A stretch of 64,000 nt of DNA. Origin: a virus. Location: positions 63,032-127,031 of IMG/VR virus record IMGVR_UViG_3300008952_001422; one strand, 5' to 3'. A program made the position numbers and the translations under genes. The notes under the pieces are model-generated. The model made no database searches. It was not told where the DNA came from and was given only the letters and a program-made list of their open reading frames with translations. Below are positions 40,628 to 51,134 of this stretch, piece by piece. Numbering within the stretch: position 1 is the first letter of the stretch; each line of letters opens with the position of its first letter.

Positions 40628-41290
40628 TTAATTAAATCCCCATTCTCGTTCTTTACACCACCAGCATTCACCACAATGTTCCAGTCCAGGGTCTTTTATA
40701 TTGTCAAAATATTCGCAAGTTGGGTCATACTCACAACTTCTTGTTATTGGCAATAAACTATCTATTAATTTTTCTTTTCTATACATACTTGCAATGTCTT
40801 TTTTATTAGTGTTAGCCCATGGCATGTAGAACTTATCATCATTATATAACATAATATTATTACCAGTGTCACTTCTTGATGAATCAAATCCTAATATTGG
40901 AGTGAATTGACTCGCAATATCATGTGGTGGATTCATCGTTGTTCCATCGTACACTATATTTATTTCTTGTTTGTCTATATCTTTTTGTGGTGCATTACAT
41001 GGTGAACTCTCTGTTGCGGCCTCATCATAATGTATATGATGTATTACGTTATTATTTTCTGTTAGTTCTATGCATTTCTCTACCACTCTTGGCGCAATAA
41101 TTGAATTCCTTCTATACTTTAAATTACTTCCAGTTGTATAGATATGGATAGTGTCTTTAATGTGTTTCATTAGATAGTATAATAATATAGCACTATCAAC
41201 ACCACCACTAACCATTATTCCTATTGGTCCGTCATATATTTTAACACTAACTTCCTCTGTAAGTAGAATAACTCCTGAACATTTAGCCAT
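40628..41290 (-). CDS. QueC-like PP-loop ATPase
   Basis: SGGVDS; TRSCE...CGECWWCKER.WGF. Confidence 0.75.
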   Translation of the reverse strand: MAKCSGVILLTEEVSVKIYDGPIGIMVSGGVDSAILLYYLMKHIKDTIHIYTTGSNLKYRRNSIIAPRVVEKCIELTENNNVIHHIHYDEAATESSPCNAPQKDIDKQEINIVYDGTTMNPPHDIASQFTPILGFDSSRSDTGNNIMLYNDDKFYMPWANTNKKDIASMYRKEKLIDSLLPITRSCEYDPTCEYFDNIKDPGLEHCGECWWCKEREWGFN

Positions 41291-41975
41291 TAATTAAATC
41301 TCCTGCAAGTGGAAATATATCTGCAATAACTTTGGCACAGGCATGTGCAATTTCCATATGTTCTTTTTGTGTGCCATTGGCACCACGTAATTCAATATAA
41401 TGTACCCAACTACGAATTGTACCATTCATATATAATCTTGTTTTTGTTAAGCCCTCTGGCAAAACAACTCTTGCTTGTTCTTTAGCAATACCATTTTCAA
41501 TTGCCCATTCATAAACTTCTGTTGCGGCTTTAATAATACCATGTTGTCTTCTCTGCCAATCTGTAATCAATTCTACAGTCTTTGGGTCTCCTTGAGTTGC
41601 TGGGTCATGTTCAATATCAATAGAATTTTGTCTATTCTTGTGGTCTTGTAAGCGACATTCACGTGTAGTGAATGCATCACCCATTTTGCCTGGCTCTGCA
41701 TAACGTTGACTGAACTCCTGAAATGAGAAACTACGATGACGCACCATTTGGTGTGCAATGTCACGTGTTGTTTCAATTTCTAAACATGCACTAACCATTT
41801 CAAGTGGACTCCAATGTTGATGTTCAATCAAATACGTAATCAGTTTTTCACTAGTTTTTTTATTGATTTGATTAGTTGGGTTACTTACTTTAGCACAATA
41901 GGCAATTAGTTCTTGTACGTTATCTAATTCTGAATCTGCTGGTGCTGTGCTGTGCGATATTAATTTTACTCTCAT
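41283..41975 (-). CDS. thyX: FAD-dependent thymidylate synthase
   Basis: HWSPLE, RHRSFSFQEFSQRY, EQAR.VLP, TQKEH. Confidence 0.95.
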   Translation of the reverse strand: MRVKLISHSTAPADSELDNVQELIAYCAKVSNPTNQINKKTSEKLITYLIEHQHWSPLEMVSACLEIETTRDIAHQMVRHRSFSFQEFSQRYAEPGKMGDAFTTRECRLQDHKNRQNSIDIEHDPATQGDPKTVELITDWQRRQHGIIKAATEVYEWAIENGIAKEQARVVLPEGLTKTRLYMNGTIRSWVHYIELRGANGTQKEHMEIAHACAKVIADIFPLAGDLING

Positions 41976-43511
41976 TTATTCTCCATCTCTGTATAGTTCT
42001 GCTTGATTAACATGAAATCCATCATCTTCTAGTTCTCTTAATAGTCTGTCATCAAACTCACCATCCCAGTCATCTCCATCTTCTGGTGTCCAATCTAGTA
42101 ATGGTGCCATTTCAGGAAATACATCTCTGAAATTTGTATCTCGTATTCCATCCATCTTGTTGATATACTCAATGAATTCTGGCATACGTTCTCTGCTCCA
42201 ATCTCCACTCTCTGAGAATGATAACATACCTTGTAGTCTTTTAATACCATAATTTGCTTGTCGCCATTCTTCGTAACTTGCTTCAGAGCCTCGTGTACAT
42301 AACTCCCAGTTTTCTTCCAACCATGCAATAAACGTATCGAACTTTGCGTGTGTCATTTCTTTAAACCAGTTAGGTAAAACTTTTACATTAAGATGAGGCG
42401 GATGATAAACAAAATGATAGTTAATCATACCTGCACCAAAAGGCCACATATTAATTTTCTTAAAATTCTGTTCTAGTTTCCACTTAACAAAGTCAGGTAA
42501 GTAATATATGTTCAAAGCCTGAACTGCACAAGCAACTGTTACTTCTACATTGGGTCCAGTATTATCAAGTAAATGAAATTGCTTTACTGTGTGTTCCCAT
42601 TCACTTGGATAACGAATATAATCGTTCATTTCACCAATACTATCGACACTATAATGAAAACGTACACGTTTAAACTTATCCCACAAGTCAAATAAACGTT
42701 GTGGCATTTCTACTCCATTAGAATTATATCTTAACTCGATTCCTGATGCGTATCCTGCCTTAACAACTTCTTCAAGCAATGTGTAATGTTCTTCAATAAT
42801 TGTTGCTTCACCACCAGCAAAGTATAATTGTTTCATATGTGGAATTTGCTCGTATAATTGTTCCCAGAACTTATCATTCTTTTTATGCCAATTATATGAT
42901 GCGCCGTCAATCTGTCCTTTATTGCCCCATTGCATAGTTTCTTTAAGGGATTCGTTTTCAATCGTTGGATGTAATTTAATCCAGTCAGGAACCCATAATG
43001 AACTATCATGTGGTGAACACATAATACATTTCAGATTACACTTAGAACCCAGTCGTAAATCTAAGTAACGAATCTTTGGTGGTATTTCTCCCTCTACGGA
43101 AGTTTCTTCGAGTATTTCTTTTAAGTCTACACGTCTTGCCCAATATTCTGTTTCCCAGAAACGCTTGGACATATGACCTGCATCTTCTTCAGCATAACAC
43201 TTCAGACATGACGCTGGTTTTTCTCCATTGAGCATTTGCTTTCTGACATTTTTCATGTAGTCATTATTCCAACTACTCATCAAGTCAGTTACATTTAGAT
43301 TGGCTGGTTTGCCATCTGATTGTTTAAGAACGCCTACTTCACCACCATGTTCTTTATCGTTTGTTGGTCCAACACTTGAGGCATTTGCTGTACAGCACAC
43401 TCGCATATGACCATTTGGTCGTGTACTTAAGTGTATCCAAGGTAATAAACAAAAGGTATCTGTTGGTGCTTTAGTTCTCTTACGCCATTCTTCGGTGTTT
43501 TTGTTGGTCAT
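41976..43511 (-). CDS. N-terminal Twitch radical SAM protein
   Basis: CLLPW, VCC...CLKC; CNLKCIMC; AGGE. Confidence 0.9.
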   Translation of the reverse strand: MTNKNTEEWRKRTKAPTDTFCLLPWIHLSTRPNGHMRVCCTANASSVGPTNDKEHGGEVGVLKQSDGKPANLNVTDLMSSWNNDYMKNVRKQMLNGEKPASCLKCYAEEDAGHMSKRFWETEYWARRVDLKEILEETSVEGEIPPKIRYLDLRLGSKCNLKCIMCSPHDSSLWVPDWIKLHPTIENESLKETMQWGNKGQIDGASYNWHKKNDKFWEQLYEQIPHMKQLYFAGGEATIIEEHYTLLEEVVKAGYASGIELRYNSNGVEMPQRLFDLWDKFKRVRFHYSVDSIGEMNDYIRYPSEWEHTVKQFHLLDNTGPNVEVTVACAVQALNIYYLPDFVKWKLEQNFKKINMWPFGAGMINYHFVYHPPHLNVKVLPNWFKEMTHAKFDTFIAWLEENWELCTRGSEASYEEWRQANYGIKRLQGMLSFSESGDWSRERMPEFIEYINKMDGIRDTNFRDVFPEMAPLLDWTPEDGDDWDGEFDDRLLRELEDDGFHVNQAELYRDGE

Positions 43512-43539
43512 TTGTTACCTTCTGATATTATTATATCAG

Positions 43540-43547
43540 TATTTATC
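43540..43547 (-). promoter_or_regulatory. late-type promoter candidate
   Basis: GATAAATA on - strand in the 45-nt gap upstream of 43511. Confidence 0.45.
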
Positions 43548-43556
43548 TGTTGAATT

Positions 43557-44648
43557 TTAGTCAAATTGTGCCTTAAAGGCATCAAATTCTTCACCACATT
43601 TCTGGGCACATACCATTGGTTTTCCTAGATGAGTGTTAGGTTTACTCCAGGCGTCTACTAGTCTACCAGTGAAATATTCATTATTAAGTACTGCTTTTAC
43701 GCCATGTGTTTTTGCATCAAATACATCTTTACCACCAGATTCTTGTAAGAGTTCCCATACTTGATTCTCGCCTGGCTTTTGCCAGAACTTGTACATACTT
43801 CCTGCAACCCAACAGCACGGTAAGATTAATCCTTCTGCACTGAGATACATACTCTTTTCTGCGGCCACTTTGCATTTTATTTTTACATTGTCAAAGTATT
43901 TTTCTAAAGAACCATGCTTCTCTTCTAATTTTATAATATCTTTAGTAGCAGTATTTTGGTATTTTACTTCTTTTGGTTTCTTTAGAAGTTGTTGCTCTTC
44001 ACCTTTTCGATTCATTGCTTGATGTTCTTCTTTGCCAGTCTTTCTAATTGTAGAGAAAAATCTACCAGTCTTTTTAGATATGAATTTGGTAAAGCCCTTT
44101 TCTTTTGATAGTGCTTCTGCTTCTTCTACTTGGTGTTCATTATGTGCGAATATTAAATAATCCCAGTGTGCTTTACCACCAGCATCAATAAAAGCCATTG
44201 CATTTTCCCATGCGATATCCCAATTGACACCTTGGCGATATAAATGATTTGTGTCACCTAATCCATCAAATCCAAACTTAACATAACTCCAGTTGCCTAG
44301 AACTCCTGCTAATTCTCTCCACCATTCTGGCTTTTGTGCGCCTGCATTAGTATTCATACCTAGAGTAAGTTCTTTCTTCTGTTCTCTAAAGTATTTGAAT
44401 ACTTCTAATGTATCAGTTGCTATAATAGGGTCACCAAAATTGCCACATAGATAAATTTTATCAAGTTGCTTGACAAATTCTGGTGGTAGTATTCTTTGAA
44501 TATCTGCTAACTTCAATTCATGCAATCTTAAATTAGGATTAAGGGCGCCACCTTTAATATTCCGGTCACACATCGGACAAGATGCTTGACACTTCTCTGT
44601 GATTTCTAAGTGAACTACTCTAATATCTTCGTACTTATATAGATTCAT
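43557..44648 (-). CDS. radical SAM protein with C-terminal SPASM/Twitch
   Basis: CQASCPMC, CGNFGDP, FGFDG; PCCW...CAQKC. Confidence 0.9.
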   Translation of the reverse strand: MNLYKYEDIRVVHLEITEKCQASCPMCDRNIKGGALNPNLRLHELKLADIQRILPPEFVKQLDKIYLCGNFGDPIIATDTLEVFKYFREQKKELTLGMNTNAGAQKPEWWRELAGVLGNWSYVKFGFDGLGDTNHLYRQGVNWDIAWENAMAFIDAGGKAHWDYLIFAHNEHQVEEAEALSKEKGFTKFISKKTGRFFSTIRKTGKEEHQAMNRKGEEQQLLKKPKEVKYQNTATKDIIKLEEKHGSLEKYFDNVKIKCKVAAEKSMYLSAEGLILPCCWVAGSMYKFWQKPGENQVWELLQESGGKDVFDAKTHGVKAVLNNEYFTGRLVDAWSKPNTHLGKPMVCAQKCGEEFDAFKAQFD

Positions 44649-45823
44649 TACTTTCTACCTATAACCATATAACGATTATATTCATCTAGTGCTAGTGTGC
44701 CCTCATATAATGTTTCAGATACATTTAATCTCTTAGAGAATTCTTCTAAACTAGATACTGTGTCTTCTGCATGTTCATGGTCTTCATCATCAAAATCATT
44801 GTTCTGCATTATAACTAACATGCCTTTTGGAATACCAGCCCACCATTTATCAAAGTTTTCAATGTGTTCACAACTAGTATTGATTACACATGTTGGAGCA
44901 CCGTCAGTTATCATTTCTTTATCGCCATTATACTTAAATGTTTCGTACATAAACTCACCAGTGTATATCAAGTTGTTTACATCCATTGTACTTGCTTTGA
45001 ACTGCCAATCATTTTGTGTATAACTTCTATTCAATGTTTCTGCTGGTAATGAACAACTCGCATCTATATCAAAACTTCGAATATTAGTAATCTTATTTCG
45101 TTCAAATAATATCGCTGGCAATACTCCATACCATCCAGCACATACATAAACCATATCACCTAACTCAATGTCTAAGTCTTTAATTGTATCACTTACCCAT
45201 ATCTTACTTCTTAATTGGCCTCTACTAAATGAATCTGTAAGTACTTTACCTTCAAAATTCTTAATCATATTTTTTAGATTTAACGGAATAGTGTATTTTT
45301 CTTCAGTCAATTTGTGTGCTAACTTCAGTATATTAGTTTTATATATTGTCACACTCTTTAGTGTTCCAATCCATTCATTTTCAGTATCGATTGCTTGTAA
45401 CACTTTGAACAACAGAAACATATCTGGTTCTGCGGTATTAGATATTAAATTCTTTATAGCACTTATAACTTCTTCATCTCTATTATCTAAGTTAATAATC
45501 AACTTGAATAGTAATTCAGTTTGTAGAGTTACAAAATTAGAATCACTAACTACATTTCGTAACGCATGTAATGCCTCATTATCATTAGCAATAGGCTCAA
45601 TAACTTTAAACAATACAAATATATTGTCTTCTGGTTTGCGTTCATATACTAGATTCTTTAACGCACTAACTGTTTCTCTATGTTCTTTGCCCAAGAGATA
45701 CGATGATAAAACAAATATATCACTTAATACTTCGGTATTTGCTACTCGCTCAAGACTATTCATTATAGGATATTTGTTACCATATAATATTGTTAATCTA
45801 TCTACTATTTCATGTGGTTTCAT
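44648..45823 (-). CDS. class I SAM-methyltransferase-like protein with N-terminal helical repeats
   Basis: AGWYG, SFDID, INTSCEH; repeated ALKNL..LFK helices. Confidence 0.6.
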   Translation of the reverse strand: MKPHEIVDRLTILYGNKYPIMNSLERVANTEVLSDIFVLSSYLLGKEHRETVSALKNLVYERKPEDNIFVLFKVIEPIANDNEALHALRNVVSDSNFVTLQTELLFKLIINLDNRDEEVISAIKNLISNTAEPDMFLLFKVLQAIDTENEWIGTLKSVTIYKTNILKLAHKLTEEKYTIPLNLKNMIKNFEGKVLTDSFSRGQLRSKIWVSDTIKDLDIELGDMVYVCAGWYGVLPAILFERNKITNIRSFDIDASCSLPAETLNRSYTQNDWQFKASTMDVNNLIYTGEFMYETFKYNGDKEMITDGAPTCVINTSCEHIENFDKWWAGIPKGMLVIMQNNDFDDEDHEHAEDTVSSLEEFSKRLNVSETLYEGTLALDEYNRYMVIGRK

Positions 45824-46815
45824 TATTTTAATCCTATCTTCATAAAGTATTGTTTCTTACCGATTGTTATAACACCAGTGTATTGTTCAAACGTCATAGG
45901 AAATGCCTTATTGAATGCCTGTGAACTACTGAATGGGCGATGAATATCTATATGGCCTGCTTCACCTATTAAAACAATCTTTCTTGTGTCTGGTAACATA
46001 TCATACCAATCATCTTGATTTTGTAACAAACTGACATTAGTATTAATAACTAATCCAGGAATTTCTTTGAATGCCTTAGATGTTGAACCATTTGGTAATG
46101 TAATCTCTAGATTGTTTTTTATATAATCAACATTAAACATATCTTGTGTTGATGCTTTGAATTTCCAATCATCTAGTACTTCTTTTTTCATCATTTCGTC
46201 TGCTAGAAACTTACATGTTCCATTTATATCTAAGTTTCTTATATTCTCTATTCGCAATGTAGTGTCAAGCAACATGGCTCCTATTAGTCCAATTCCACCA
46301 CCTAAAGTATAAACAGTTCCTAGATACTTTTCGCCAAATACTTTAACCATGTTTTGAATCATCCACGAATATACAATTGCATGTTCTTTATTAACAAATG
46401 AACTGATATCTACATTGGGATAACTATAAATCAAGTCTTTGAGTCTATCAACTATTCTATCATTGTCATCATTTGCTGGAAGAGTTACATGGGCAAGAAA
46501 TTCCATTGCTTGTCTATAATTTCCTAATTGCTGTGCTACATTTCTTTCAGAATACTTTTCTGCCATTTGTTTGTAATCATATTCAGCACCAATAAGTGGT
46601 CGAAATCTTTTTCTTTCAACAGTCTTTATTTGTATCTGCTCAACATATTCTGGAGTTTCATCTGGAAGTACAAATACTTCTTCAGTTAATGAACTATATA
46701 ACTCATCATTTGAAGTTATCTTTGATTTGTTTCTTCTCTGTCTTCTCTTATCTTTTATTGTTGATTTAGTCATTAGTATCTTCCTCGAACTTCTTATGCA
46801 ACCAGTCGTAATCAT
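45823..46815 (-). CDS. methyltransferase-like paralog
   Basis: LGGGIG, NLDIN, WKFKAST.D, VINT; similar to the downstream gene. Confidence 0.55.
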   Translation of the reverse strand: MITTGCIRSSRKILMTKSTIKDKRRQRRNKSKITSNDELYSSLTEEVFVLPDETPEYVEQIQIKTVERKRFRPLIGAEYDYKQMAEKYSERNVAQQLGNYRQAMEFLAHVTLPANDDNDRIVDRLKDLIYSYPNVDISSFVNKEHAIVYSWMIQNMVKVFGEKYLGTVYTLGGGIGLIGAMLLDTTLRIENIRNLDINGTCKFLADEMMKKEVLDDWKFKASTQDMFNVDYIKNNLEITLPNGSTSKAFKEIPGLVINTNVSLLQNQDDWYDMLPDTRKIVLIGEAGHIDIHRPFSSSQAFNKAFPMTFEQYTGVITIGKKQYFMKIGLK

Positions 46816-49528
46816 TAATTTTACTTAATGCATCTTCATCACCTGCATGTTTAGTCCCATAATCTCTTCCTGAGTTTGCTCCTTTGATTGAATATTCTCC
46901 GTACTTCGCACCATTATTTATTGTACACCACGTTTCTAAACGTTCATCTGTTTCATCTTTCTTAGACTTTTGAATAACACTTGATGATAGTTTGGTACAT
47001 TCTCTGAATGCTGACTTCCATGTGTCGTATGGATTAGTATTGAATGCTGTATAGTTTGCTGTACCTGGCATTGCTTTAAACTTATCAGAAATTGATGTTG
47101 TAAAGTCAACTTTCCATTCTTTTGCATCACGCACCAACTGTGTTGGAAATAGTTTCAATCCACCAAAACCATACACTAATCCGTTAATTGGATTTTTAGA
47201 TTTCCATACGTGAACTGTATCTTCATCCCATACTGTTGGAAAGTAATCAAACTCAAACTCATCAAGTAGAATAGCATCGGCATCAATTACATAAAACATC
47301 TTTGTGTCTGCTATTTCAGATGCTCGTTGATGTGCATTGAAGATACCCTTGACTCCGTGAACCCTCTTAGCATTTGGAACTCTTTCTAACAACTTGGCAT
47401 AGTTTGCATCTGCTTCTGGTTCTTTATAACTTAACATAACAACATCATACGGAATATCTTCTGTTCTTATATCTTCTGACTTAATTGGTTTCTTATTCTT
47501 AAAAGACATCTTTCTTAATTTGGCAGTATTTGGTTTAAGATGTTTTATTGCCTCTGCTGGAATTAATTTTAGTCCACCATATTGATGAATATATCCAGTA
47601 GATGGATTTACCTTCGGCCAAACATGGAAGTGTGATGCGTGATGTCTATCAACATAGAAACGTCTATCAAATTCATCCAAAACTGTTACATCATTATCGA
47701 TTGCCCAGAAATATCCAGTGTTTGTAAGTTTAGCGGCTTTCATATAACATTCTTCAAGTGTTCCAGTTAGCACCTCAACAGTCTTATCTTTTTTATATTT
47801 CTTAGTATTAGATGAATACATTCCCTCATCAAAATAGAATACTGGATGTCCAGTAACTTTCGATACTACCTCATCAACTCTAATAATATTCTTAAATCTG
47901 TCAAATGAGAAGTCATCTTTAGATGGTTTAAAACTAGCAAGATGTGGGCGATGAACTAGATATACACCAGCACCGGCATCTCCCTCAGATTTAAATGCGA
48001 ATACATTTTCAATTGAGAATATATCTGGATAGAAATCAAAACTAAAAGTATCTAATAGTTCTACAACAGTATCAACTACCCAATAGAAAATATGTTTCTT
48101 TGCTTTTTGATATGCACTATAAGGGTCACGAGTATGATATGTAGGAAAGTTATGTTTATCTGGAACACGTGATGCATATTCATCATGGAATATTATATTC
48201 TCTGAATGATAATCTATATTACTAAATGCTATACCACCATATCCTAAATCTTTCTCACCATCTCTTGTACTAAACTTCCAAAGATGTGTCGGACCAGTTT
48301 CATATAAGTCTGGATAAAAAGAATTAGAAACAGTTGAAGTTTCAGTCAAGTCTGGATTAATCATCCAAAAATTATATCCAGTTGCTTTGGGAATTGCTTC
48401 TTCAATTGTTCTTGCACTTATCTTTTGTATCTCTGGAATTCTACCGAGTACAACATCTACATCTTTCATTTTATCTTTAGTAGCATTTACTGTAGGTACT
48501 AATCGTACACCATTACGTACGACTTTGCCACTAGCAAGTTTGACATTAAAATTGTGAATGAACTCACGGTCATAACTCATTGGATAAAAACTTGTTCTAA
48601 AGTCTTCAACATCTTCGTGGACAAGCCAATACATATCACTATCAACCTTATGGTCAAAGTTGTGAAGGTCTTTAGTTCTTATAACTTCAAATTCTAAGTC
48701 ACTACACGCAGGGTCTTTTTCATAGACTGCTTTTCTTTTGAAGTTAAATATATCATATTCTTTTTCAGTAAACATAGGAGCATTCTTTGGAAACAATCCA
48801 ACGCCATGATACTCACGTGATAATTTCGTTACTGGATTCTCTTTTTGCCAGACTACCACTTTTTGTTTTTCTTTATCCAATCCAAATGCGAATGAATAAT
48901 CAAACTTAAATGAATCGTATATACTGGTGTTTGGCATGATTAGATAGTAAAAGTCAGTTCTTGCTTTTGCTCTACACTTCTCGTGTACCTCTAAACTATG
49001 TTCGCCATCTATCAAATTGATTGTGTAATTCTCTTGTAATCTCTTTAACTCTTTATATCCATATCCTTTATCCCAAAAGAATATATCATATGTTTCAGTT
49101 GTTGGTTTATAAATTACATTAGAGTCATGGTCTTTATATTCACCTGTTAGAAAATAGGCATCTCGTATATATGAGTCGTCATTTTTTATAACTTCTTTTG
49201 TTTTAAACAACTTGACACCCACAACACGCCGAAATACATTTCGTTCATCACAACTCCATAGATGTGTGATGTTATCATCATAACTATCAGTTTCAAAAGA
49301 AAAATCAAAGCCGTCATTAACCTTAACATCTGGGTCAACAACCCAAAAATGTTTGGTATTGGCTATAGAGGCAATCTTATTAATCGCTTCTTCCATCTTA
49401 GGATTCTCAAAATCCTCTAGATTTATCTTAACCATACGAAAAGACGGATACTTTTTCTGTATCTTGTCGAATCTTTCGTTAGTTTCTTTGTCTGCTTTGT
49501 ATGTTAAATAGTAACCATCGTATGCCAT
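46766..49528 (-). CDS. multi-repeat glycosyltransferase (GT-A)-like protein
   Basis: About 7 repeats of a F/Y-W/Y-V-V-D-x-D-like module; last has intact YVIDAD, GFGGLKL, WKSAFREC. Confidence 0.6.
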   Translation of the reverse strand: MAYDGYYLTYKADKETNERFDKIQKKYPSFRMVKINLEDFENPKMEEAINKIASIANTKHFWVVDPDVKVNDGFDFSFETDSYDDNITHLWSCDERNVFRRVVGVKLFKTKEVIKNDDSYIRDAYFLTGEYKDHDSNVIYKPTTETYDIFFWDKGYGYKELKRLQENYTINLIDGEHSLEVHEKCRAKARTDFYYLIMPNTSIYDSFKFDYSFAFGLDKEKQKVVVWQKENPVTKLSREYHGVGLFPKNAPMFTEKEYDIFNFKRKAVYEKDPACSDLEFEVIRTKDLHNFDHKVDSDMYWLVHEDVEDFRTSFYPMSYDREFIHNFNVKLASGKVVRNGVRLVPTVNATKDKMKDVDVVLGRIPEIQKISARTIEEAIPKATGYNFWMINPDLTETSTVSNSFYPDLYETGPTHLWKFSTRDGEKDLGYGGIAFSNIDYHSENIIFHDEYASRVPDKHNFPTYHTRDPYSAYQKAKKHIFYWVVDTVVELLDTFSFDFYPDIFSIENVFAFKSEGDAGAGVYLVHRPHLASFKPSKDDFSFDRFKNIIRVDEVVSKVTGHPVFYFDEGMYSSNTKKYKKDKTVEVLTGTLEECYMKAAKLTNTGYFWAIDNDVTVLDEFDRRFYVDRHHASHFHVWPKVNPSTGYIHQYGGLKLIPAEAIKHLKPNTAKLRKMSFKNKKPIKSEDIRTEDIPYDVVMLSYKEPEADANYAKLLERVPNAKRVHGVKGIFNAHQRASEIADTKMFYVIDADAILLDEFEFDYFPTVWDEDTVHVWKSKNPINGLVYGFGGLKLFPTQLVRDAKEWKVDFTTSISDKFKAMPGTANYTAFNTNPYDTWKSAFRECTKLSSSVIQKSKKDETDERLETWCTINNGAKYGEYSIKGANSGRDYGTKHAGDEDALSKINDYDWLHKKFEEDTND

Positions 49529-49577
49529 TAAGTTCTCATTCCAAAATCAGTAATCATCTTTGTATTATAACAGATTT

Positions 49578-51134
49578 TTAGTCGGATGTAAAGACTTTTA
49601 CACCATAATGTTTAGAGAAATCAATAGCATCTTGTTCATCGTTTACTATTGGTTTCCCTTTTATATTTAGTGAGGTGTTAACTAGCATTGGGCAGCCAGT
49701 TTCTTCTTTAAATCTAGATAACAACTGATATAACTCTGGATGTTGTAGTTGATTGACAGTCTGTACTCTACTGGTATTATCTACGTGTATAATAGCAGGA
49801 AACTCTTTAGGAAACTTACATTTTGCGACAAATTGCATGTATGGAGACTGTGTTATATTCTTAGGCATTTCAAAGTATTCGTGTACATCTTCTTCTAAAA
49901 TCATTGGTGCGAATGGTCTAAACTTCTGTCTGCGTTTAATTTCATTCATTTTATCTTTAATTAGTGGTCCTCTTGGGTCTGCCGCCAGCGTACGATTACC
50001 TAACGCTCTTGGACCAAACTCTGCTCGACCATTTGCAATACCTACTATCTCACCTTTTAATAGGGTTTTTAGTGTTTTTTCAACTGGATAATCACCCTCA
50101 ATATTGTAACCAAGATATGGTGTTTTCCAATTAAGATTCCAATCTGCTTTATTAAATTTTTGTGCAACTCCTATACAACTTCCTGCATCACCAGGATTTG
50201 GCATAATCCAAATATCTTTGAAACCATATTTTGATGTTATCATACTATTGGCTACACAATTTAATGCACATCCACCCATCAATACTAGATTTGTGCTAAA
50301 TGATACTGTTCGGTGTGCTAACTTTATTACTCTATCGAACATTATCTCATATATCTTTTGTGTTGCGGCAGCCAAATCAAACAAGTCTTGTTCTGATGTT
50401 AAGTCTGGAAAAATCCAGTTACATCCTCTATGTAGATTTTGTTTAAATGTATGTAGTTTATGATTGTGTGTTGTTATACCCAATTCGTTCATAAGTTGAT
50501 GTTTTAATGATGTGCCCTTGTATTTTCTATCTGCATTTCCATAGGCTGCCATTCCCATAAGAATATACTCATCTTCGTTTGCTTTTAATCCTAATCTCTG
50601 CGTCATTGCACTATAAAATAATCCAAAACTATGTGGATATCTTTGTGAATATACCTTAGACAATTTACCACCAGAACCTTGCCAGATTGTTAATGTCTCC
50701 CATTCACCAATACTGTCTATCACAACAACTGCGGCATTAACAAATCCACTCGTGTGATATCCACTTGAGGCATGAGTATAATGATGGTCTTGATAAACTA
50801 TCGGTAAATCTTTCAATTCTGGAATTTGTTGTAAGTATCTTTTAGGTAACTCATCCATATCAAATGCTGTTTCATATTGACCTGCATATAATTGTCGAGT
50901 CTTCTTTTTGTATGGATTTTCATACCAAGCAATGACATCTGGTGTGCCATATTCTAGTGCGTTTTGAATTATCTCAGAGTTGAGAAGAGGGTCGTTTTTG
51001 ATTTTAGAGTAACGTTCTGAATGGGCCGCAAATAGAATTTCATTTCCTTTGACTATGCTAACCGAAGCATCGTGATTTAATGCTCCTGCTATTCCTAGAA
51101 CTGTTTTGTGATTATTTGTATATGAACGGGTCAC
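49578..51134 (-). CDS. carbamoyltransferase (NodU/CmcH/TobZ family)
   Basis: HDAS, HHYTHA, DSIGE, GGCALN, EFGPRALGNR, FRPFAP, NTSLN. Confidence 0.95.
   Translation of the reverse strand: MTRSYTNNHKTVLGIAGALNHDASVSIVKGNEILFAAHSERYSKIKNDPLLNSEIIQNALEYGTPDVIAWYENPYKKKTRQLYAGQYETAFDMDELPKRYLQQIPELKDLPIVYQDHHYTHASSGYHTSGFVNAAVVVIDSIGEWETLTIWQGSGGKLSKVYSQRYPHSFGLFYSAMTQRLGLKANEDEYILMGMAAYGNADRKYKGTSLKHQLMNELGITTHNHKLHTFKQNLHRGCNWIFPDLTSEQDLFDLAAATQKIYEIMFDRVIKLAHRTVSFSTNLVLMGGCALNCVANSMITSKYGFKDIWIMPNPGDAGSCIGVAQKFNKADWNLNWKTPYLGYNIEGDYPVEKTLKTLLKGEIVGIANGRAEFGPRALGNRTLAADPRGPLIKDKMNEIKRRQKFRPFAPMILEEDVHEYFEMPKNITQSPYMQFVAKCKFPKEFPAIIHVDNTSRVQTVNQLQHPELYQLLSRFKEETGCPMLVNTSLNIKGKPIVNDEQDAIDFSKHYGVKVFTSD

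Noticed and set aside
29837-41290. Canonical 7-deazaguanine DNA modification (QueC/QueE)
   Set aside because: No FolE, QueD or DpdA in the window, and the rSAMs are larger Twitch/SPASM types rather than QueE. Cannot be excluded for the whole genome.
45168-45845. 225-aa + strand ORF
   Set aside because: Antisense shadow of the MTase-like gene, with no motifs or SD. The other short opposite-strand ORFs in the track were dismissed for the same reason.
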